Of a stretch of DNA of 64,000 nt, positions 23,101 to 35,362 are shown piece by piece. The notes under the pieces are model-generated. The model saw nothing but the letters and a program-made list of their open reading frames with translations. It did not search any database and was not told where the DNA came from. Position numbers and translations under genes: made by a program. Position 1 is the stretch's first letter; each line of letters opens with the position of its first letter. This DNA comes from the human T2T-CHM13v2.0 reference genome, Homo sapiens: NCBI RefSeq assembly GCF_009914755.1, contig NC_060947.1; one strand, written 5' to 3'.

Positions 23101-26100
23101 AGAAGTTTCTGACAATGCTTCTCTCTCGTCTTTCTGTGAAGATAAAGGAAAAGGCTTTCAGGCCTTTTCCACCACAGGCCTGAAAGCGCTCCAAATGTCC
23201 ACTTGCAGATTCTGCCAAAAGAATATGTCAAAACCGCTCTACGAAAAGCAATGTTAAACTCTGTGGCTCGAACACAAACATCACAAAGCAGTTTCTGAGA
23301 ATGCTTCAGTTTAGTTTTTCTGTGGAAATATTCCCGTTTCCAAAGAAATCTTCAAAGAGGTCCACGTATCCACTTACAGATTCTACAAAAAGACAGTTTC
23401 AAAACTGCTCAATCACAAGGAGGGTTCAACTGTGTGACGTGAATGCAATCATCACTCAGAAGTTTCTGAGAATGCTTCTCTTTAGTTTTTACGTGAACAT
23501 ATACCCGTTTCGAACGAAGGCCACCCAGTGGTCCAAATATCCACTTGCAGATTCTACAGAAAGAGTGTTTCGAACCTGAACTCTCAAAGGCAGGTTCATC
23601 TCTGCGAGTTAAATGCATTCGTCATGAAGAACTTTCTCAGCGTGTTTGTGTTTAGTTATGGGAAATTATTCCCGTTCCCAATGAAATCCTCAGAGAGGTC
23701 CAAATGTCCACCTGCAGATTCTACCAAAAGTGTATTTGGAAACTGCTCCATCAACAGGCATGTTCAGCTGTGTGAGTGAAACTCCATCATCACAAAGAAT
23801 ATTCTGAGAATGCTTCCGTTTGCCTTTTATATGAAGTTCCTTCCTATACGACCGTAGGCCTCAAAGCAGTCCAAATCTCCATTTGCAGATTCTACAAAAA
23901 GAGTGATTCCAATCTGCTCTATCAATAGGATTGTTCAACTCCATGAGTTGAATGCCATCCTCACAAAGTCGTTTCTGAGAATGCTTCTATCTAGTTTTTA
24001 TGTGAAGATATTTCCTTTTCCACCACAGGCCTCAAAGCCCTCCAAACGTCCACTTGCAGATTCTCGAAAAAGAGTGTTTCATAGCTGCTCTTTCAAAAGG
24101 AAAGTTCAACTCTGGGAGTTGAATACAAACATCACAAAGTAGTTTCCGAGAATGCTTCTGTTTAGTTCTTATGTGAAGATGATCCCGTTTCCAGTGAATT
24201 CTTCAAAGAGGTCCACATATCCCCTTGCAGATTCCAAAGAAAGGGGGTTTCGAAACTGCTCCATCAAAAGGATTGTTCAACTCTGTGAGTTGAATGCAGT
24301 CTTCGCAGAAAACTTTCTGAGAATGCTTCTGTCTAGGTTTGATGTGAAGATATAGACGTTTCAAACGAAGGCTACAAAGTGGTCAAAATATACACTTGCA
24401 GATTCTACTACAAGGGTGTTGCAAACCTGAACTATCAAAGGAAGGTTCAACTCTGTGAGTTGAATACAAACATCGCAAAGAATGTTCTGAGTTTGCTTCC
24501 GTTCAGTTATGGGAAGTTGATCCAGTTCCCAACGAAATCCTCTGAGAGGTCCAAATATCCCCTTGCAGATTCTACAAAAAGTGTGTTTGGAAACTGCTCC
24601 ATCATAACGAATGTTCAGCTCTCTGAGTTAAACTCCATCGTCACAAAGAATTTTCTGAGAGTGCTACCGTCTTGTTTTTATATGAAGTTCTTTCCTTTAC
24701 TACCACAGGCCTCAAAGCGGTCCAAATCTCCACTTGCAGATTCTACAAAAAGAGTGTCTGCAAACTGCTCTATCAAAAGGAATGTTCAACTCTGGGAGTT
24801 GAATGCAATCATCACAGAGCAGTTTCTGAGAATGCTTCTATGTCGTTTTTAGGAGAAGATATTTCCTTTTCCAACACAGTCCTCCAAGACCGCTAAATAT
24901 CCACTTGCACATTGTAGAAAAAGTGTGTCGAAGCTGCGCTATCAAAGGGAAAGTTCTACTCTGTGAGGTGAATGCAAACATCCCAAAGAAGTTTCTGAGA
25001 ATGCTTCCGTTTAGCTTTTAGGTGAAGATTATCCCGTTTGCAATGAAATGTTCAAAGAGGTCCAAATATCCCCTTGCGGATCCCACAGAAAGAGTGTTTC
25101 GAAACTGCTGTTTCAAAAGGAATCTTCAACTCGGTGAGTTGAATGCAATCATCACAAAGAAGTTTCTGACAATGCTTCTCTCTCGTCTTTCTGTGAAGAT
25201 AAAGGAAAAGGCTTTCAGGCCTTTTCCACCACAGGCCTGAAAGCGCTCCAAATGTCCACTTGCAGATTCTGCCAAAAGAATAATTCAAAACTGCTCTATG
25301 AAAAGCAATGTTAAACTCTGCGGCTCGAACACAAACATCACAAAGCAGTTTCTGAGAATGCTTCAGTTTAGTTTTTCTGTGGATATATTCCCGTTTCCAA
25401 AGAAATCTTCAAAGAGGTCCACATATCCACTTACAGATTCTACAAAAAGACAGTTTCAAAACTGCTCAATCAAAAGGAGTGTTCAACTGTGTGACTTGAA
25501 TGCAATCATCACTCAGAACTTTCTGAGAATGCTTCTCTTTAGTTTTTACGTGAACATATACCCGTTTCGAACGAAGGCCACCCAGTGGTCCAAATATCCA
25601 CTTGCAGATTCTACAGAAAGAGTGTTTCGAACCTGAACTCTCAAAGGCAGGTTCATCTCTGCGAGTTAAATGCATTCATCATGAAGAACTTTCTCAGCGT
25701 GTTTGTGTTTAGTTATGGGAAATTATTCCCGTTCCCAACGAAATCCTCAGAGAGGTCCAAATGTCCACCTGCAGATTCTACCAAAAGTGTATTTGGAAAC
25801 TGCTCCCTCAACAGGCATGTTCAGCTCTGTGAGTGAAACTCCATCATCACAAAGAATATTCTGAGAATGCTTCCGTTTGCCTTTTATATGAAGTTCCTTC
25901 CTATACGACCGTAGGCCTCAAAGCAGTCCAAATCTCCATTTGCAGATTCTACAAAAAGAGTGATTCCAATCTGCTCTATCAATAGGATTGTTCAACTCCA
26001 TGAGTTGAATGCCATCCTCACAAAGTCGTTTCTGAGAATGCTTCTATCTAGTTTTTATGTGAAGATATTTCCTTTTCCACCACAGGCCTCAAAGCCCTCC

Positions 26101-29100
26101 AAACGTCCACTTGCAGATTCTCGAAAAAGAGTGTTTCATAGCTGCTCTTTCAAAAGGAAAGTTCAACTCTGGGAGTTGAATACAAACATCACAAAGTAGT
26201 TTCCGAGAATGCTTCTGTTTAGTTCTTATGTGAAGATGATCCCGTTTCCAGTGAAATCTTCAAAGAGGTCCACATATCGCCTTGCAGATTCCAAAGAAAG
26301 AGGGTTTCAAAACTGCTCCATCAAAAGGATTGTTCAACTCTGTGAGTGGAATGCAGTCATCGCAGAAAACTTTCTGAGAATGCTTCTGTCTAGGTTTGAT
26401 GTGAAGATATAGACGTTTCAAACGAAGGCTACAAAGTGGTCAAAATATACACTTGCAGATTCTACTACAAGGGTGTTGCAAACCTGAACTATCAAAGGAA
26501 GGTTCAACTCTGTGAGTTGAATACAAACATCGCAAAGAATGTTCTGAGTTTGCTTCCGTTCAGTTATGGGAAATTGATCCCGTTCCCAACGAAATCCTCA
26601 GAGAGGTCCAAATATCCCCTTGCAGATTCTACAAAACGTGTGTTTGGAAACTGCTCCATCATAACGAATGTTCAGCTCTCTGAGTTAAACTCCATCGTCA
26701 CAAAGAATTTTCTGAGAGTGCTACCGTCTAGTTTTTATATGAAGTTCTTTCCTTTACTACCACAGGCCTCAAAGCGGTCCAAATCTCCACTTCCAGATTC
26801 TACAAAAAGAGTGTCTGCAAACTGCTCTATCAAAAGGAATGTTCAACTCTGGGAGTTGAATGCAATCATCACAGAGCAGTTTCTGAGAATGCTTCTATGT
26901 CGTTTTTAGGAGAAGATATTTCCTTTTCCAACACAGTCCTCCAAGCCCGCTAAATATCCACTTGCACATTGTAGAAAAAGTGTGTCGAAGCTGCGCTATC
27001 AAAGGGAAAGTTCAACTCTGTGAGGTGAATGCAAACATCCCAAAGAAGTTTCTGAGAATGCTTCCGTTTAGCTTTTAGGTGAAGATTATCCCGTTTCCAA
27101 CGAAATCTTCAAAGATGTCCAAATATCCCCTTGCGGATCCCACAGAAAGAGTGTTTCGAAACTGCTGTTTCAAAAGGAATCTTCAACTCTGTGAGTTGAA
27201 TGCAATCATCACAAAGAAGTTTCTGACAATGCTTCTCTCTCGTCTTTCTGTGAAGATAAAGGAAAAGGCTTTCAGGCCTTTTCCACCACAGGCCTGAAAG
27301 CGCTCCAAATGTCCACTTGCAGATTCTGCCAAAAGAATATGTCAAAACCGCTCTACGAAAAGCAATGTTAAACTCTGTGGCTCGAACACAAACATCACAA
27401 AGCAGTTTCTGAGAATGCTTCAGTTTAGTTTTTCTGTGGAAATATTCCCGTTTCCAAAGAAATCTTCAAAGAGGTCCACGTATCCACTTACAGATTCTAC
27501 AAAAAGACAGTTTCAAAACTGCTCAATCACAAGGAGGGTTCAACTGTGTGACGTGAATGCAATCATCACTCAGAAGTTTCTGAGAATGCTTCTCTTTAGT
27601 TTTTACGTGAACATATACCCGTTTCGAACGAAGGCCACCCAGTGGTCCAAATATCCACTTGCAGATTCTACAGAAAGAGTGTTTCGAACCTGAACTCTCA
27701 AAGGCAGGTTCATCTCTGCGAGTTAAATGCATTCGTCATGAAGAACTTTCTCAGCGTGTTTGCGTTTAGTTATGGGAAATTATTCCCGTTCCCAACGAAA
27801 TCCTCAGAGAGGTCCAAATATCCACCTGCAGATTCTACCAAAAGTGTATTTGGAAACTGCTCCATCAAAAGGCATGTTCAGCTCTGTGAGTGAAACTCCA
27901 TCATCACAAAGAATATTCTGAGAATGCTTCCGTTTGCCTTTTATATGAAGTTCCTTCCTATACTACCGTAGGACTCAAAGCAGTCCAAATCTCCATTTGC
28001 AGATTCTACAAAAAGAGTGATTCCAATCTGCTCTATCAATAGGATTGTTCAACTCCATGAGTTGAATGCCATCCTCACAAAGTCGTTTCTGAGAATGCTT
28101 CTATCTAGTTTTTATGTGAAGATATTTCCTTTTCCACCACAGGCCACAAAGCCCTCCAAACGTCCACTTGCAGATTCTCGAAAAAGAGTGTTTCATAGCT
28201 GCTCTTTCAAAAGGAAAGTTCAACTCTGGGAGTTGAATACAAACATCACAATGTAGTTTCCGAGAATGCTTCTGTTTAGTTCTTATGTGAAGATGATCCC
28301 GTTTCCAGTGAAATCTTCAAAGAGGTCCACATATCCCCTTGCAGATTCCAAAGAAAGAGGGTTTCAAAACTGCTCCATCAAAAGGATTGTTCAACTCTGT
28401 GAGTGGAATGCAGTCATCGCAGAAAACTTTCTTAGAATGCTTCTGTCTAGGTTTGATGTGAAGATATAGACGTTTCAAACGAAGGCTACAAAGTGGTCAA
28501 AATATACACTTGCAGATTCTACTACAAGGGTGTTGCAAACCTGAACTATCAAAGGAAGGTTCAACTCTGTGAGTTGAAAACAAACATCGCAAAGAATGTT
28601 CTGAGTTTGCTTCCGTTCAGTTATGGGAAGTTGATCCCGTTCCCAACGAAATCCTCAGAGAGGTCCAAATATCCCCTTGCAGATTCTACAAAACGTGTGT
28701 TTGGAAACTGCTCCATCATAACGAATGTTCAGCTCTCTGAGTTAAACTCCATCGTCACAAAGAATTTTCTGAGAGTGCTACCGTCTAGTTTTTATATGAA
28801 GTTCTTTCCTTTACTACCACAGGCCTCAAAGCGGTCCAAATCTCCACTTGCAGATTCTACAAAAAGAGTGTCTGCAAACTGCTCTATCAAAAGGAATGTT
28901 CAACTCTGGGAGTTGAATGCAATCATCACAGAGCAGTTTCTGAGAATGCTTCTATGTCGTTTTTAGGAGAAGATATTTCCTTTTCCAACACAGTCCTCCA
29001 AGCCCGCTAAATATCCACTTGCACATTGTAGAAAAAGTGTGTCGAAGCTGCGCTATCAAAGGGAAAGTTCAACTCTGTGAGGTGAATGCAAACATCCCAA

Positions 29101-32100
29101 AGAAGTTTCTGTGAATGCTTCCGTTTAGCTTTTAGGTGAAGATTATCCCGTTTCCAACGAAATCTTCAAAGAGGTCCAAATATCCCCTTGCGGATCCCAC
29201 AGAAAGAGTGTTTCGAAACTGCTGTTTCAAAAGGAATCTTCAACTCTGTGAGTTCAATGCAATCATCACAAAAAAGTTTCTGACAATGCTTCTCTCTCGT
29301 CTTTCTGTGAAGATAAAGGAAAAGGCTTTCAGGCCTTTTCCACCATAGGCCTGAAAACGCTCCAAATGTCCACTTGCAGATTCTGCCAAAAGAATATTTC
29401 AAAACCGCTCTATGAAAAGCAATGTTAAACTCTGCGGCTCGAACACAAACATCACAAAGCAGTTTCTGAGAATGCTTCAGTTTAGTTTTTCTGTGGAAAT
29501 ATTCCCGTTTCCAAAGAAATCTTCAAAGAGGTCCACGTATCCACTTACAGATTCTACAAAAAGACAGTTTCAAAACTGCTCAATCAAAAGGAGGGTTCAA
29601 CTGTGTGACGTGAATGCAATCATCACTCAGAAATTTCTGAGAATGCTTCTCTTTAGTTTTTACGTGAACATATACCCGTTTCGAACGAAGGCCACCCAGT
29701 GGTCCAAATATCCACTTGCAGATTCTACAGAAAGAGTGTTTCGAACCTGAACTCTCAAAGGCAGGTTCATCTCTGCGAGTTAAATGCATTCGTCATGAAG
29801 AACTTTCTCAGCGTGTTTGTGTTTAGTCATGGGAAATTATTCCCGTTCCCGAAGATATCCTCAGAGAGGTCCAAATATCCACCTGCAGATTCTACCAAAA
29901 GTGTATTTGGAAACTGCTCCATCAAAAGGCATGTTCAGCTCTGTGAGTGAAACTCCATCATCACAAAGAATATTCTGAGAATGCTTCCGTTTGCCTTTTA
30001 TATGAAGTTCCTTCCTATACGACCGTAGGCCTCAAAGCAGTCCAAATCTCCATTTGCAGAATCTACAAAAAGAGTGATTCCAATCTGCTCTATCAATAGG
30101 ATTGTTCAACGCCATGAGTTGAATGCCATCCTCACAAAGTCGTTTCTGAGAATGCTTCTATCTAGTTTTTATGTGAAGATATTTCCTTTTCCACCACAGG
30201 CCTCAAAGCCCTCCAAACGTCCACTTGCAGATTCTCGAAAAAGAGTGTTTCATAGCTGCTCTTTCAAAAGGAAAGTTCAACTCTGGGAGTTGAATACAAA
30301 CATCACAAAGTAGTTTCCGAGAATGCTTCTGTTTAGTTCTTATGTGAAGATGATCCCGTTTCCAGTGAAATCTTCAAAGAGGTCCACATATCCCCTTGCA
30401 GATTCCTAAGAAAGGGGGTTTCAAAACTGCTCCATCAAAAGGATTGTTCAACTCTGTGAGTTGAATGCAGTCATCGCAGAAAACTTTCTGAGAATGCTTC
30501 TGTCTAGGTTTGATGAGAAGATATAGACGTTTCACACGAAGGCTACAAAGTGGTCAAAATATACACTTGCAGATTCTACTACAAGGGTGTTGCAAACCTG
30601 ATCTATCAAAGGAAGGTTCAACTCTGTGAGTTGAATACAAACATCGCAAAGAATGTTCTGAGTTTGCTTCCGTTCAGTTATGGGAAGTTGATCCCGTTCC
30701 CAACGACATCCTCAGAGAGGTCCAAATATCCCCTTGCAGATTCTACAAAACGTGTGTTTGGAAACTGCTCCATCATAACGAATGTTCAGCTCTCTGAGTT
30801 AAACTCCATCGTCACAAAGAATTTTCTGAGAGTGCTACCGTCTAGTTTTTATATGAAGTTCTTTCCTTTACTACCACAGGCCTCAAAGCGGTCCAAATCT
30901 CCACTTGCAGATTCTACAAAAAGAGTGTCTGCAAACTGCTCTATCAAAAGGAATGTTCAACTCTGGGAGTTGAATGCAATCATCACAGAGCAGTTTCTGA
31001 GAATGCTCCTAAGTCGTTTTTAGGAGAAGATATTTCCTTTTCCAACACAGTCCTCCAAGCCCGCTAAATATCCACTTGCACATTGTAGAAAAAGTGTGTC
31101 GAAGCTGCGCTATCAAAGGGAAAGTTCAACTCTGTGAGGTGAATGCAAACATCCCAAAGAAGTTTCTGAGAATGCTTCCGTTTAGCTTTTAGGTGAAGAT
31201 TATCCCGTTTGCAACGAAATCTTCACAGAGGTCCAAATATCCCCTTGCGGATCCCACAGAAAGAGTGTTTCGAAACTGCTGTTTCAAAAGGAATCTTCAA
31301 CTCTGTGAGTTGAATGCAATCATCACAAAGAAGTTTCTGACAATGCTTCTCTCTCGTCTTTCTGTGAAGATAAAGGAAAAGGCTTTCAGGCCTTTTCCAC
31401 CACAGGCCTGAAAGCGCTCCAAATGTCCACTTGCAGATTCTGCCAAAAGAATATTTCAAAACTGCTCTATGAAAAGCAATGTTAAACTCTGCGGCTCGAA
31501 CACAAACATCACAAAGCAGTTTCTGAGAATGCTTCAGTTTAGTTTTTCTGTGGAAATATTCCCGTTTCCAAAGAAATCTTCAAAGAGCTCCACGTATCCA
31601 CTTACAGATTCTACAAAAAGACAGTTTCAAAACTGCTCAATCAAAAGGAGGGTTCAACTGTGTGACTTGAATGCAATCATCACTCAGAAGTTTCTGAGAA
31701 TGCTTCTCTTTAGTTTTTACGTGAACATATACCCGTTTCGAACGAAGGCCACCCAGTGGTCCAAATATCCACTTGCAGATTCTACAGAAAGAGTGTTTCG
31801 AACCTGAACTCTCAAAGGCAGGTTCATCTCTGCGAGTTAAATGCATTCATCATGAAGAACTTTCTCAGCGTGTTTGTGTTTAGTTATGGGAAATTATTCC
31901 CGTTCCCAACGAAATCCTCAGAGAGGTCCAAATGTCCACCTGCAGATTCTACCAAAAGTGTATTTGGAAACTGCTCCATCAACAGGCATGTTCAGCTCTG
32001 TGAGTGAAACTCCATCATCACAAAGAATATTCTGAGAATGCTTCCGTTTGCCTTTTCTATGAAGTTCCTTCCTATACGACCGTAGGCCTCAAAGCAGTCC

Positions 32101-35100
32101 AAATCTCCATTTGCAGATTCTACAAAAAGAGTGATTCCAATCTGCTCTATCAATAGGATTGTTCAACTCCATGAGTTGAATGCCATCCTCACAAAGTCGT
32201 TTCTGAGAATGCTTCTATCTAGTTTTTATGTGAAGATATTTCCTTTTCCACCACAGGTCTCAAAGCCCTCCAAACGTCCACTTGCAGATTCTCGAAAAAG
32301 AGTGTTTCATAGCTGCTCTTTCAAAAGGAAAGTTCAACTCTGGGAGTTGAATACAAACATCACAAAGTAGTTTCCGAGAATGCTTCTGTTTAGTTCTTAT
32401 GTGAAGATGATCACGTTTCCAGTGAAATCTTCAAAGAGGTCCACATATCCCCTTGCAGATTCCAAAGAAAGAGGGTTTCAAAACTGCTCCATCAAAAGGA
32501 TTGTTCAACTCTGTGAGTTGAATGCAGTCATCGCAGAAAACTTTCTGAGAATGCTTCTGTCTAGGTTGGATGTGAAGATATAGACGTTTCAAACGAAGGC
32601 TACAAAGTGGTCAAAATATACACTTGCAGATTCTACTACAAGGGTGTTGCAAACCGGAACTATCAAAGGAAGGTTCAACTCTGTGAGTTGAGTACAAACA
32701 TCGCAAAGAATGTTCTGAGTTTGCTTCCGTTCAGTTATGGGAAGTTGATCCCGTTCCCAACGAAATCCTCTGAGAGGTCCAAATATCCCCTTGCAGATTC
32801 TACAAAACGTGTGTTTGGAAACTGCTCCATCATAACGAATGTTCAGCTCTCTGAGTTAAACTCCATCGTCACAAACAATTTTCTGAGAGTGCTACCGTCT
32901 AGTTTTTATATGAAGTTCTTTCCTTTACTACCACAGGCCTCAGAGCGGTCCAAATCTCCACTTGCAGATTCTACAAAAAGAGTGTCTGCAAACTGCTCTA
33001 TCAAAAGGAATGTTCAACTCTGGGAGTTGAATGCAATCATCACAGAGCAGTTGCTGAGAATGCTTCTATGTCGTTTTTAGGAGAAGATATTTCCTTTTCC
33101 AACACAGTCCTCCAAGCCCGTTAAATATCCACTTGCACATTGTAGAAAATGTGTGTCGAAGCTGCGCTATCAAAGGGAAAGTTCAACTCTGTGAGGTGAA
33201 TGCAAACATCCCAAAGAAGTTTCTGAGAATGCTTCCGTTTAGCTTTTAGGTGAAGATTATCCCGTTTCCAACGAAATCTTCACAGAGGTCCAAATATCCC
33301 CTTGCGGATCCCACAGAAAGAGTGTTTCGAAACTGCTGTTTCAAAAGGAATCTTCAACTCTGTGAGTTGAATGCAATCATCACAAAGAAGTTTCTGACAA
33401 TGCTTCTCTCTCGTCTTTCTGTGAAGATAAAGGAAAAGGCTTTCAGGCCTTTTCCACCACAGGCCTGAAAGCGCTCCAAATGTCCACTTGCAGATTCTGC
33501 CAAAAGAATATTTCAAAACTGCTCTATGAAAAGCAATGTTAAACTCTGCGGCTCGAACACAAACATCACAAAGCAGTTTCTGAGAATGCTTCAGTTTAGT
33601 TTTTCTGTGGAAATATTCCCGTTTCCAAAGAAATCTTCAAAGAGGTCCACGTATCCACTTACAGATTCTACAAAAAGACAGTTTCAAAACTGCTCAATCA
33701 AAAGGAGGGTTCAACTGTGTGACTTGAATGCAATCATCACTCAGAAGTTTCTGAGAATGCTTCTCTTTAGTTTTTACGTGAACATATACCCGTTTCGAAC
33801 GAAGGCCACCCAGTGGTCCAAATATCCACTTGCAGATTCTACAGAAAGAGTGTTTCGAACCTGAACTCTCAAAGGCAGGTTCATCTCTGCGAGTTAAATG
33901 CATTCATCATGAAGAACTTTCTCAGCGTGTTTGTGTTTAGTTATGGGAAATTATTCCCGTTCAAAACGAAATCCTCAGAGAGGTCCAAATGTCCACCTAC
34001 AGATTCTACCAAAAGTGTATTTGGAAACTGCTCCATCAACAGGCATGTTCAGCTCTGTGAGTGAAACTCCATCATCACAAAGAATATTCTGAGAATGCTT
34101 CCATTTGCCTTTTATATGAAGTTCCATCCTATACGACCGTAGGCCTCAAAGCAGTCCAAATCTCCATTTGCAGATTCTACAAAAAGAGTGATTCCAATCT
34201 GCTCTATCAATAGGATTGTTCAACTCCATGAGTTGAATGCCATCCTCACAAAGTCGTTTCTGAGAATGCTTCTATCTAGTTTTTATGTGAAGATATTTCC
34301 TTTTCCACCACAGGCCTCAAAGCCCTCCAAACGTCCACTTGCAGATTCTCGAAAAAGAGTGTTTCATAGCTGCTCTTTCAAAAGGAAAGTTCAACTCTGG
34401 GAGTTGAATACAAACATCACAAAGTAGTTTCCGAGAATGCTTCTGTTTAGTTCTTATGTGAAGATGATCCCGTTTCCAGTGAAATCTTCAAAGAGGTCCA
34501 GATATCCCCTTGCAGATTCCAAAGAAAGAGGGTTTCAAAACTGCTCCATCAAAAGGATTGTTCAACTCTGTGAGTTGAATGCAGTCATCGCAGAAAACTT
34601 TCTGAGAATGCTTCTGTCTAGGTTTGATGTGAAGATATAGACGTTTCAAACGAAGGCTACAAAGTGGTCAAAATATACACTTGCAGATTCTACTACAAGG
34701 GTGTTGCAAACCTGAACTATCAAAGCAAGGTTCAACTCTGTGAGTTGAATACAAACATCGCAAAGAATGCTCTGAGTTTGCTTCCGTTCAGTTATGGGAA
34801 GTTGATCCCGTTCCCAACGAAATCCTCAGAGAGGTCCAAATATCCCCTTGCAGATTCTACAAAACGTGTGTTTGGAAACTGCTCCATCATAACGAATGTT
34901 CAGCTCTCTGAGTTAAACTCCATCGTCACAAAGAATTTTCTGAGAGTGCTACCGTCTAGTTTTTATATGAAGTTCTTTCCTTTACTACCACAGGCCTCAA
35001 AGCGGTCCAAATCTCCACTTGCAGATTCTACAAAAAGAGTGTCTGCAAACTGCTCTATCAAAAGGAATGTTCAACTCTGGGAGTTGAATGCAATCATCAC

Positions 35101-35362
35101 AGAGCAGTTTCTGAGAATGCTTCTATGTCGTTTTTAGGAGAAGATATTTCCTTTTCCAACACAGTCCTCCAAGCCCGCTAAATATCCACTTGCACATTGT
35201 AGAAAAAGTGTGTCGAAGCTGCGCTATCAAAGGGAAAGTTCAAATCTGTGAGGTGAATGCAAACATCCCAAAGAAGTTTCTGAGAATGCTTCCGTTTAGC
35301 TTTTAGGTGAAGATTATCCCGTTTCCAACGAAATCTTCACAGAGGTCCAAATATCCCCTTGC

